From: the human T2T-CHM13v2.0 reference genome, Homo sapiens
DNA length: 64,000 nt
Reading direction: 5' to 3' (one strand)
Assembly (NCBI RefSeq): GCF_009914755.1
Contig: NC_060935.1
This document shows, piece after piece, positions 52,781-64,000 of this stretch. A model generated the notes under the pieces. The model saw only the letters and a program-made list of their open reading frames with translations. It searched no databases and was not told the origin of the DNA. The position numbers and the translations under genes are program-made. Each line of letters opens with the position of its first letter. The stretch's first letter is position 1.

Positions 52781-54323
52781 GTAAGTACTAGTAAATCATA
52801 AATTAATTTCTGCTTTAGAGAAGTGGAGTAGATAAATGATTGCTCTAAGTTCCTGGGTGGCTTGACAGGTTTATAACTCTTAGGAAAAAAATGTAATTGA
52901 AATTAAAGAGAAGGGTATTGAGAAACAAGTTATAGCCTCAGGGCTGTATTTTCTGGCTGTTAATTGGTATCAGAGAAACTGTTAACATTCTGATAGGAAT
53001 TCAGGCTGACGGTTTTCTTCCATATTTTGTATCCTTCTATGTGGAATCCAGTCAAAACCAGCTGCTGTTTCCCCATTGACAATGAACCCAGCTGTTCCCT
53101 TCAAGGGTCAAGAACCTCATTGATCAGTGTGAGATTCCTCCCGTTTTAGAGTAGAGCCATTTCTGTTTTAGAGCTGCAGAGGCAAAATCAAATGGCTTTC
53201 CTTTAGGATCCATCAAATTACATGGATGGTTTATGATCATCATTCCCTTCTCTCTCTCTAGACAAGAAAGTCCTTTCCCAAGTTCAGGCAGGTTGGATCT
53301 CAAAGAAATGTACTCTGATCCCACAGATCACATTCAGGAATTTCCAAACCTGTCAGTCCCTGTTCAGGGAGCTTGCTTGAGTATAGAAACAAACAAACCA
53401 ACAAGCAAACAGACCTTACATAGTAAATACAGGCAATATGCTGAAATTGCTGCTTGTAGCAGATTGTATGGGTTCAAGGAATAAAGTGGTTTTAAAGCTA
53501 GCTTGGGTGACATCGTAAATGATACATGAATAATGCTTATCCCTGAATGCTGTTCCATGGAGCTCTGGCCTTGGCCCACTGCCACCTTTCTCTTCAGCTG
53601 GTCTAAACATGTAGCTTTACCTGCCACCTGTTTGTTCATGACCCCCACATCTACATGGACACTTAGCCTTCTTTTCTGAGCCTCTGCCTCTGTGGTACTG
53701 TCATACCTACTGTATCCCACAAATAAACTTAAATGTGTCCAAAATTGAGGCATCATCTCTTTCCCTCCCCTTTGCCCTCCCCCTCCCAAATAAAACCTGC
53801 TTCTCCTACCCTCACCTTCATCCTGGTCTCAGTTGGTGACACCACCATCCAGAAATTTACAGGTCATCTGGGACTCCTCCCAACTCATAACCCTGCATCC
53901 AATTAGCCATCTAGTTTGGTTGGAGAGCCATCCTCTCCAACCCTCCCTTTGTTCTGGTTCTTCTCACCCAGACTATGTCAACAACCCCCTGATTGTTTTT
54001 CCTGTCTCCAGGCTTATACTTCCCACAGAGTAATGTATCTAAAATGCAAATCTGACCCAGACACTTCTCTGCTTGGATTCCTTTTGCAGTCATAATAAAT
54101 CCCAAGCTCTCATCAGGACTTAAGTCCTCCCATGACCTTGTCCTTACCTCTCTCATATCTCCCTACCTCACGCTTGAGCAGCAATAAACTGCTGATACTT
54201 CGCCACACATACTCTGTGTTTCACACTCTGCACTGGATCTTTGCCATTCCCACTGCCTCTTCATCTTTTTTTTTAACCTGGCTAACTTATGCATACTCAA
54301 AGTTCATTCAGGTATCATGTATA

Positions 54324-54545
54324 CCAGTGCTGTCCAATAGAGCTTTCTGTGATGATGAAAATGTTCCATAATCCTCACTGTCCACTATGGTAGCAACTAG
54401 CCACATGATTATTGAGCATTTGAAATATGGCTTATAACTCCACCCTGTGGTCTAGTGCTTAGGGTTCTGTGTGTTTGTGGCTGCAGCCCAGGTTTGAAAT
54501 GCGGCTTGTTTCAATTAATTTAAATTTATGTAGCCACATGTGTAT
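54324..54545. mobile_element. MER3-like hAT-Charlie MITE, interrupted by a tRNA-derived insert
   Basis: ccagtgctgtccaatagagctttctgtgatgatg...tagccacatg...aattaatttaaattt. Confidence 0.75.
54443..54497 (+). pseudogene. Decayed, 3'-truncated tRNA-Glu-like retrocopy
   Basis: ccctgtggtctagtgcttagggttc...gctgcagcccaggtttga aligns with tRNA-Glu (CCCTGGTGGTCTAGTGGTTAGGATTC...GCCGCGGCCCGGGTTCGA), with CpG-decay differences; anticodon region diverged. Confidence 0.65.
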
Positions 54546-54743
54546 AGATTCTGTACATTTACTTCTTGGGCTCTTGCTATGTGTTGAGTGTTGGTAAGGC
54601 CTAGAGAATACAGTCAAAGAATTATTCTTTTCATGGTATTAATAGTCCAGTGGAGAAAACAGATATTAAACAGTAATTTCAAGTATGCAATATGAGACAC
54701 AGAGAATTACAAAGTGTAGGGATCTAACCCAGCTTTGGGAGGT

Positions 54744-55101
54744 TGTATTAGTCGGCTAGGGCTGCTGTAACAAAATAGACTGGCTGGCTTAAATGACAAA
54801 ACTTTATTTTCTTAGAGTTCTGGAGTTTAGAAATCTAAGACCAGGGTGTGAGCAGGTTTGGTTTCTTCTGAGGCCTCTCTCCTTGGCTTGCAGATGGGCA
54901 CCTTCCCGCTGTGCCCTCACATGGTCATCTCTCTGTACGTGCATATATTTGGTGTTTCTCTTCTTACAAGGACACTAGTCATATTGGATTAGGGCAATGA
55001 TTAGTTACTTCTTTAAAGGCCCTATCTACAAATACAGTCATACCAGGAGTTATAGCTTCAACATGTGAATTTTTGGGGGGGATGCAATTTAGTCCATAAC
55101 A
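54744..55101 (-). mobile_element. MLT1A-like MaLR solo LTR
   Basis: tgtattagtc...agggctgctgtaacaaa...cttctgaggcctctctccttggcttgcagatgg...agtccataaca. Confidence 0.8.
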
Positions 55102-56612
55102 GAAATTAAATAAAGTTTTCCAGAAGAAGTGAGATTTAGGCAAAATGTGAAGAGTGAGTCGGAGTTGGTCACTGGGAAAATGACAGGGGAGTGTCCTGGG
55201 TGGGAAGTAAGGAGGTAGGAAAGCTAAGAGTGAAGAAAGAGTGTGGTGCTTTTGAGGAACTAAAAGAATAAAAAGCCCCAAATGTCTGGAAAGAAGAGAT
55301 CAAGGAGAGAAGAGTCCCATCTGAATATGGAGGGGCCAGATTAGGAAAGACCTTGGAAACCATGGTAAGGAATTTGTGTTTACCGAGAGCAGTAAATCAA
55401 TTCCATCTAATTTATGTAATGACTCTTCCCCCAAGGAGGTGGAGCATCTCTACCCCTTAAATGTGAGATACATTTAGTGACTTGCTTCCAAAGAGTACAG
55501 TATGGAAAGGGAGGGAAGAAAGTAACTTTACAGTGGAAAAGGTTGGCAAACACAATTTCAGATAGATGATCAAGGTTAACCTCCTGATAAATCACACTGA
55601 TGGCATGCATCCCTGATACGCCATAATGTGCCATGGTCTTTTTCCCCAAATCCTGTAACTCCAGTCTAACCGTGAGAAAAATACCAGATAAACCCAAATT
55701 GCAAGGTATTCTATGCAAACTCATAGAATGTCAAGGTCATCAAAACTGTCAAGGTCATCAAAATAAGGAAAGGGTGAGAAATTGTCGCAGCCTAGAGAAG
55801 CCTAAGGAGACATGACTAAATGTCGTGTAGTGTTCTGGATGGGATCCTGGAATAGGAAAAGGGCATTAGGGAGAAAAAACAATGAAATTAGAATAAAGTG
55901 TGCAGTTGAGTTAATTTAAAAAAAAGTTAATTAAAAGACATGAAAGAAGAGCTAAATAAATGGAGACGTATTTAATCCTAGGAAGACTTATTTGGTAAAA
56001 ATGTCAATTTTTAAAATATTCTATGCAGTAAATACAATTTAGATCAAAACCCGCAAAGTAGTATGTACTAAAATTCAGCAAGCTGATTCCAAAGTTTACG
56101 TGGAAGAGCAAAGGACCAAGAAGAGCCAAGAAAACTCTGCAGGAAAAAAAAAAAAAGCAGGACAACTTTCCCTACCTGACATTCAAGATTTATTATAAAG
56201 CCATAGTAATCAATGCATGGAGGTTTTCGTGCTGGAAAGGACAATCAGGGGAAAGGAATGAAGAGCCTGGAGAAGATTTGCACACATAACAGGGATGATG
56301 AGACACATTGCTGGCAGGGACTTCTCAACAAATAATGCTCCTGCCCTACGTGAAAGTCAACTCTAGGTGAATTACATACCTTAGTAAGAAAAAAACTTTA
56401 AAACTTTTATAAGACACCATAAGAGAGTATATTTATAACCTTACTGACACAAAAGACCTAAATTGTAAAGGAAAAGATGGTATATTTAACACACTAAAAT
56501 TAAAAAGAAAATCTCTTCAACAACATATTCCATAAAAACAAATGAAAAGACAAAGAATACCCAAGGGGAAGATGTTTGGAAATACATGTAACCAGTCCAG
56601 AATATATACAAC

Positions 56613-57350
56613 TGATACGGGTAGGAGATGGGAATAGTGGATAGAAGAGGGTGGTTCCCTGGCAAAGACCCCACCCTCAAGCCGGGAGATCTGCAGCGCT
56701 AAGTGGAAACAGGCATTTCTGTTTTCGTGCCCAAAAAGTTGCCTTTTGGCCTGCCATGCTCCCCTATCCTGTGCCCATGTAAACTCTGAACCCCAGGCTC
56801 CAGAAGCAGACGAGCAGGTGAGATGAGGACACAAGCAGACAAATGGCAGAACGACACAGTAGAGAAAAGAGGAGGAATGTCTGAACGCCGAGAGGAGTTT
56901 GGCTGGGAGCAGCCAGAGGGGAGTTGGGCCACTGGATGGCCAGGCTCCAGGGGAAGATCATCTTTCCCCTCCATTCCCCCTTCCAGCTCCCCATCCATCC
57001 CACTGAAAGCCACCTCCACCACTCAGTAAAACCCCACATTCATCCTTTAGTCCTGTGTGTGACCTGATTCTTCCGGGGATGCTGGGCAAGAGCTCGGGAT
57101 ACAAAAAGCTGTCACTTCCCTCTGCCCTTGTGAAAAGGCAGATGTCCGTCAAGCTGGTTAACAATCAAGTTGTCCGCAGATGGCAGGGCTAAAAGGACAC
57201 GCTGTAACACGTGCCCAACTGGGCTCCTGCACTTGTCCGTCTGCGTTCTCCCCCTCCCCTCAGGGGTTTGAGCAGTGGTGGTGACTAAACAGGCAAGCCA
57301 CACCCCTGTCGCATGTCCTGCGAGGGGGATCAGAGAACTCCCCTGTTTCA
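56613..57350 (+). mobile_element. LTR1-like ERV1 solo LTR in TTC12 intron 2
   Basis: TGATACGGGTAGGAG...GAAGAGGGTGGTTCCCTGGCAAAGACCCCACCCTCAAGCC...CCCTGTTTCA; TSD caac / caat. Confidence 0.75.
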
Positions 57351-57360
57351 CAATCAAATC

Positions 57361-57486
57361 AACCAGGCATGGTGGTGTGTGCCTGTAGTCTTTGCTACTC
57401 AGGAGGCTGAAGCAGGAGGATCGCTTGAGCCCAGGGGTTCAAATCGAGCCTGGACAACATAGCAAGACCATCTCTTAAAAAAAAAA
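57361..57486 (+). mobile_element. FLAM-type Alu monomer
   Basis: Single arm with ggaggatcgcttgagcccagg...caacatagcaagacc then A tail. Confidence 0.8.
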
Positions 57487-59752
57487 GAATTTTTTAAAAA
57501 AGAAATTATATTAACTAATAAGAAAGAGACAATGACCCAATAGAAAATTGGCCAAGGATAGGAGTAGGCTCTTCGTAGAAATCCAAATGGGTGCAAATCA
57601 ATAAGAAGATGCTCAATTCCAATCAAATTCAGCGAAATGCAAATTAAAACAATGAGATACCATTCCCATCCATTACATTGACAACAATTAAAAAGTTTAA
57701 CCCAGCAAGTGATGATAAGAATGTAGAAGAATGGGAACTTCCTCTTGTACTCTTTTGTAGGAGTAAAAATTGGTACAGCCATATCCTGAAGGATATGTAA
57801 CATGTGCACAAGGAAATATGTACATACAGGTATTCAATTCAGCATTTATTTACTTTAGAAAAAACTGAAAAACCACCTGGCTATCAATAAGAGAATGGAT
57901 TAACTATGGTATATATAATGGTTTAAATGAATCAACTGGAACCATGTGTATCAAGAACACATCTCTAAAGCATCTTAAGAGAAAAAAGTAGGTTGCAAAT
58001 GAATGCACATTTTATACAACTATTTTAAAAAATTGTTTAAATATTACATACACAAATATTCTGGTAGATTGCAAGAATGGTTACAAATTCCTTTCTTCCC
58101 ATCAAGAGTGGAGCCTATTTCTCTGCCACTTGAATCTGGGTTGGCCATGTGTGTTGCTTTGGCCAAAAGGATGTTTGCAAACATGACACAAGCAGAGGCT
58201 TGAAAAGTGCATTTGAATTAGGGCTTGCACTCATACCACTCATGAGAAAGTAAGACACACTTAGCCTGGTTGCTTGCATTTCTCAAGCCAACAGCCAGCA
58301 GACTTTCTAAAGCAGAGCCACTTAGATGACTGACAGTTGACCATGGATATATGTGTGAGTCCAGCTGAAACCAGAACTGGCCAGCTGAATTCAGCTCAAA
58401 TTGTTGACATAGATAATTGTAAACTAAGCCACAAAAATGGTGGTTTGTTTCAAACCACTAAGTTTTGATGTGGTGTGTGATGCAGCAAAATCTAAATGAT
58501 ACAAATACTAAGTATTAAAGCATGCTGGAGAAAAGATACTATCAACTTATAAATGGCATAGAAACAAAAATATTATATTACTTTCGGTATGCTTGAAATA
58601 TTGTACAATTAAAAATTTATAATTTCCTTGAAGACTCAGTGGGAAATGAAGAAATTAGAACAGGAAAATGAATTAAGAAGTTTAATTGTGAAGGGGAGGA
58701 GACAGAGCATTAGGAGAGATTTAAAGTACATAATTTAGAAGGAAGCTGGTCGAATGGAATAGGTTGAAAATATTGCGCAATAGGATTATTAATTGGTGAT
58801 GCAGGGTTCCTGATTATGCAAAATATGACAATGGAATCCTGGGCCCAGGATGAGGGACTAACCTTACAGAAGAATGGGCACCTTTTCCTGGTAGTAAGGA
58901 AGGATGGATGTAGGTATAGGCAGTTTTGTAGTTTTAATAGCAGGAAGTGGATGGCATCTCTTTCCTCTCTGAATTGATAAATAAGGGCATCTTTTTGAGA
59001 TGGTCAGGTTTAGATTGCAAACTGTTAAAAGTCATTGGGGGAGTGACAGGATATCTTGCCCAGGATAACAAGGATTGCTGGGCATCACTGAAGGTCCAGT
59101 TGAGTTTGAGTTTGGACCAGTCCCCCAGGCATCTATCTGTCTCCCTCAGTACATAGCATTCCTAATGCAGACTGGTAGAATTGGGTAATTGGAATTATGT
59201 AGAGCTGGAATTTTGTCTGTTAGGTGAGATAGCAGGGCAAGGGAGTTGAGTATATGGGCAGGATGGCTGCTGAGTGATTGACCATGGAATCTAAGCTGGA
59301 TAAGCAGTAAAGTGAAGACAGGTGAGGATAGGGTTAAGGGCTGTTGTTTTGCGATTTTGAGCTGCCTGTACTTACATGTTTGTCTCCCACACAAGTTCAT
59401 AAACTCTTCAAAAAAGGATCTTTTTTTATTCATCATTGTTATCTATAGCATCAGCATAATATCTAACTCATAATGAGCTCTCCATAAATTATTGTTGAAT
59501 TGAATAATGGCTTAAAACTCTGTTCCTTAAAGCTAATAGCTATACTCACCTGCAACTTTTTCTAGGCAAAAAAAAAAAAAAAAAAACCTGTTGTTAATTT
59601 TTTCTCATTGGTTCTGCTTGCTCTATTTTGCTTTCTATTGCTCTATTTTTTTCTTTAAGATCTTTCCCATGCATTTTATGCACCATCCTTTCTAGTGAAT
59701 AGAGTCTTTTGAATATCTTGTTTGATTAAGTCACACCTGATTTCTTCTCTAG

Positions 59753-59916
59753 CCAATTTAATTCAGGAGATGAATTCTGATGACCCAGTTGTGCAACAGA
59801 AAGCTGTCCTGGAGACAGAAAAGAGACTACTGCTTATGGAGGAAGACCAGGAGGAGGATGAATGCAGGACCACCTTGAACAAGACTATGATCAGTCCTCC
59901 ACAAACTGCTATGAAG
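59753..59916 (+). CDS. TTC12: TTC12 exon 3 (second coding exon)
   Basis: ttcttctctag|CC; (S)[54 protein letters not shown]; AAG|gtttct; phase matches previous exon. Confidence 0.93.
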
Positions 59917-60458
59917 GTTTCTTTTTCTATTGAGAAGTTATATAAGTACTTACAGTGAGAAGACCTACACCTAGGCAGTAGTTTAATCTCAAACTGTCCA
60001 GCAAGGCTGAAATGGTCTTTTGTTTCTTAGATTTATTTTTTATAAGAAAGTATAAAATTTGATTTTTTTTTTCCTTTGATCTTTCTGGGTTATCTTTAAA
60101 CAACCCTTTGGATCTATTTTAATGGAAATTTCCCCTCTCCACCCCCTGAGCTTGTGTGATATATTTAAGCTGTACCTTTAAGGTAATGTATTCTAACTCA
60201 TTTCCAACTCATAAGCCACAGCTGAGGTCCCTTGACCTGGGCAGCCTTGTTTTGCAGACTCGGTCCCATAGCAATTGTGCCCATACTCAGATCTCCTGAT
60301 TTAAAGCAAGCCCCATGAATTCTGAGCCCTTCAGTTTTGATGGTTAAAAGAAATGACCTCTTGTTTGTAATTGATTTGCCTTCTTGGTTTATATACATAT
60401 AAATTAGAGTGGTTTTTGAAATTTGTTTCTTTGTTTTTATGGTAACCTACGTCTACAG

Positions 60459-60480
60459 AGTGCAGAAGAAATAAACTCAG
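60459..60480 (+). CDS. TTC12: TTC12 22-nt microexon (exon 4)
   Basis: gtctacag|AGT GCA GAA GAA ATA AAC TCA G|gtaagg = SAEEINS(E); needed to join phase 0 to phase 1. Confidence 0.9.
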
Positions 60481-61069
60481 GTAAGGACAGCATCTCTCTT
60501 CCCAATTTTCATTCTTTATATAGGACCAGTTTTGATTGATTGTAGCTCCCAGACCCTTAAATTATTGCCTTTGAGCTTACAAACAACCTGTGAACAAAAA
60601 CCTACTGATCATCCCATTCTGTTACTAGTGATCAGCGGGAATGTCCCTGAGAGGTTTTTCTTTATTTTCTCTTGGTCAACCTTTTGTAAACTCAATTCAG
60701 TTATTCTGTATCATCCAATTTACCCTGTTCAAGGGATCCAGATAGTTTCTCTGTTGCTCAGCTCAGAAGCTCATTATGCTAAACGGAACAAAAAAATCTC
60801 TCTTCAAAGAAAAACTCTTTTAAAAGACATAATTCAAATTTGAAGCACAGTCATAGCCATCATGTGTAATAATGCATCACACAGATTACCATTTAATGTC
60901 AAATGAAGAAAATGTCATTTTAGTTGCCTCAGAATGGTGTGTGTGCGTGTGTGTGCCTGTGTGCATATGCATACGTGTGGCTCTAAAGTAACACTTCGAA
61001 TTTGAGCTAAAGAACTGATTATAGTATTTGGATTTTTCTTTTTAATATCTGAAATTACCCTGCTGTCAG

Positions 61070-61147
61070 AGGCCTTCTTGGCATCTGTGGAGAAGGATGC
61101 AAAGGAACGAGCCAAGAGAAGAAGGGAAAACAAAGTCTTGGCGGATG
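61070..61147 (+). CDS. TTC12: TTC12 exon 5
   Basis: ctgtcag|AG; (E)[25 protein letters not shown](A); G|gtaatt; 78 nt, phase 1/1. Confidence 0.92.
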
Positions 61148-61988
61148 GTAATTGTCAGTCCTTACTTTTCAATGGCTGGGATGATTTGTGCTAGAAAGAG
61201 CACACGAAGGCCTGTATGCTGACATTTGAGGACATCTAGATTCCCAGTGGTGAGGTTTGTGATGGGCTTGAGGCAGTGGGACCTGGCCAGAAGGAAATCA
61301 TTGATGGTCTGTTCTCTGTTCCTGCTGCAACAAGCAGGGGGTAGGATACACCTACCTCCAGTGAAACCTCTTTCTGAAGCTTCCCTGTGCACTTAGCAGA
61401 GCAAAGTGAATTGTACTAAACAATGCTCAGGAAGTAGTGGGGGGTGAGAGTGAGCTGCCACTGGCTAGCCTAAGGCATAGATGAAGAAGTGGAAAAGAAA
61501 AATAAAACAGCTGTGAGATAGGAGAGGAGACATCAAGGAAAAGGAAGGGATGGGATTGTGTATGTTGCAGGGAGATACATATGATAGAAGAATGTTTTCA
61601 CTTTTATTTTATACCACCCAGGGCTGTGTGTGCTGCAGGTCTGAATGATTCCATATTTGTTGGGAAAATTAATTATTTGACCCTCTTTATGAGACACCGA
61701 ATGCACAGATTTGGTCTCTGTGGCAAGCTTAGTATGGTTCTCAGCCTCAATGCAGAAACATTTACTTTTTCTGAGAATCTACTTAGAAGACATGGGTGGA
61801 TTTGGAGGAAAAAAAATACTTGAAGAAGCTGGTCCTGAAGTATCTGCAGAAAAAAACAAGTGTCAAGTCCCTTTAGGATCGATAGAAGTGAAGACCTTCG
61901 AAATAGAATTGGAAAATCGGGGGAATAAAGTCTGAGAGATTTTCTGATGTGTGGTGAGAGCTCACCTGTGTAACTTATATTCCCATAG

Positions 61989-62110
61989 CCCTAAAAGAAA
62001 AAGGGAATGAAGCATTTGCTGAAGGCAATTATGAAACAGCTATCCTGCGCTACAGTGAGGGTTTGGAGAAGCTGAAGGACATGAAAGTGCTGTACACCAA
62101 CCGAGCCCAG
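61989..62110 (+). CDS. TTC12: TTC12 exon 6, first TPR motif
   Basis: tcccatag|CC; (A)[40 protein letters not shown]; CAG|gtcagt; K-x-x-GN...Y..A...Y and NRA pattern of carboxylate-clamp TPRs; gene continues beyond the window. Confidence 0.94.
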
Positions 62111-64000
62111 GTCAGTGAGGCAGGGATGTATCCATGGGGCTTTCTCAGGGAATAGTTGCCACTAAACTTGGGAAAACAAAGATGAGGCTAGATGTTGGGC
62201 TGGGAAATGTTTATAAGAACTGGCTCTTGTTTTAAGTGTGGGAGGAGCTGACTTATACACAGCATTTACCAGTTTCCATGATGCAAATATTCTCACCATG
62301 ATCTAATTTGGAATCACTGCAGGAGGACTTGGGAAGAGCTGTCCATTATCAGCTCTCTCCATAGTATAAGTCAGCTCCATCATATCACTGATGGTGACCA
62401 TGCACTTGTCCCTGTGGATAAAGGAGAAAACTAGTGGAATGAAATGACCTATGGGACCTTAGAATTCTGCTACCAACATATTTCTTCAGCCTCCTTTTTT
62501 GGTACTAGTCTTAACTCCTAGCGGATGCCCACCTGTTAGTTTCTCATTCATTGTATCAGTCTCTCTTTAAGATTCTGCGACAGGGATAAAGTGGATAGCC
62601 AATGGTCCTGGAGCCAATTTCTTGGAAATTTTGGGTTTCTGAAGGTTTTTATGCATTAGTATATGTCACAAATGAGCTCAATTTCCTGGAACACCAGGTA
62701 AAAACCACCCAGATGTTTATTTACTACTTAATGAAGGGATAGGCTGATAGCTCTCAACTGAAACAAAACCATCACCTGTGACCTTATCTTTGAAAAGTAG
62801 TTTAGTTTTTGTGTGGTAGAGTTCTCTGCTGGACAGGCCTGAAAAATTGGCAGATTCATGGACATGATTACCCCATGGTCAGAATATGTCAGCAGGACCT
62901 GTGTGAGGTGGACTTGATGCCCTGTCATTTGCAAGAGGGAGAGGCTCAGCAGAGTCCTCATCAGCTCTAATTTCCCTAACTCGAGATTAAGAATGTCTGG
63001 CTCTGGGATGTTGAGGAAGAGGACTGGAAGCAAGAAACAGGACATTCGGAAGCCGAAACATATGGGGAGTGACAGTGACTTAATGATAAATAAATCCAAG
63101 CAGTATAATCTCACTAGTTTAGCAATTTGGATATGTTAGACTAGAGTTGAAGTGTCATTTAAACTATCCCAATTTTGGAGAAAACTTGTTATAAGGAAGT
63201 GAATCGGTAAAAAAGATGGCCAGAGGTTGATTTAGCAGTACATTGCATTACCCGAACAAGATTATAAACTTTTTGAGGGCAAAAACTGCCATATACTTTT
63301 TCCCCTAATGCTTTATTTATAGCAGATGTTCAATAAATCCTTTTTTAGTTACATAACGTTAAAAGCACAATAAGTCCAATTAAGGGAGTTAAGTTTCTGT
63401 TGACAATTCAGAGGCATCACTTAAATGCAAGCAATTAATAGAATAATTATAGTTCCTTCTTATTTATTACCAAATTTGGTCTCTAAAAACATCTGCCTAC
63501 TGATGCTTATTCAGTTGTGTTACTCTGAAATTATTTGAAAGCAACAAAATTGAATTGCTTTAAAAAAGTTATATAATTTCAGACATATCTAATTCAGACT
63601 GTCTATACTCTGATTCATCTAAATTATATTTTCACTGCACTCATTTTTAAGCAGCACTTTGATTAGTTCTGAAGAATCACATTAAGAATGAATGTGGATA
63701 AATATAAGGAAATGTAATGAAAAGGTTTGAGGGAGTGATTCCTCTCAGCTTTCCCAAGGAGAAAGCTTATGCAGAGACAAAATAATGGACAATGTGCTCC
63801 CTGGTGTTACAAACCGTTTGAACCATTGACTATTTTTAAAATGCTTCCCCTGTATGCATGCAGTGTCAGAAAACACTTAATAAGGACCCTGTAAATTGAG
63901 TGTTGCTTGCTAGAGAGAAAACCTAACCTTTCATTGCTTTGTTTTTCCCCTGGAGTTAATGTTATGATCAATAGATTGCCGTTATAATTTAGATAAATCT

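Larger units (their letters stand above)
55400..58050 (+). mobile_element. Old L1M remnants hosting an LTR and an Alu monomer (approximate)
   Basis: Degenerate ORF2/3' motifs gagctaaataaatggaga, caagctgattccaaagttta, gaaatgcaaattaaaacaatgagatacca. Confidence 0.7.

Noticed and set aside
60433-60446. Second X-box match GTTTTTATGGTAAC
   Set aside because: Overlaps the T-rich tract and likely branch point of the microexon, 9 kb from the TSS; explained by splicing constraints

Overview
Primate, almost certainly human, genomic DNA from the NCAM1-TTC12(-ANKK1-DRD2) cluster on 11q23, recognised from translated exon peptides. Positions 1-~14.9 kb hold the 3' end of NCAM1 on the + strand: the probable tail of the GPI-isoform (NCAM-120) 3' UTR, the transmembrane exon, the first cytoplasmic exon, the 816-nt NCAM-180-specific cassette exon, the terminal exon and a ~3 kb 3' UTR. 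Positions ~15-50 kb are repeat-rich intergenic DNA, including a nested MER119-like/MER61-like LTR/L1PB/3x Alu complex. A CpG island at ~50.7-51.5 kb is the TTC12 promoter, followed by a non-coding exon 1 and five coding exons to 62,110, reaching the first TPR motif. This is a well-studied locus and I see no evidence for a wholly new gene system. The best leads are small cis-level observations: an RFX X-box in TTC12 intron 1, a hydrophobic Cys-rich read-through tail on NCAM1 exon 18, a UG-flanked candidate cryptic exon, a tailless tRNA-Glu retrocopy, a perfect inverted repeat upstream of the TTC12 promoter, and back-to-back poly(A) signals. Repeat family names come from memory of consensus sequences and need RepeatMasker/Dfam confirmation; ancient-repeat boundaries are approximate.
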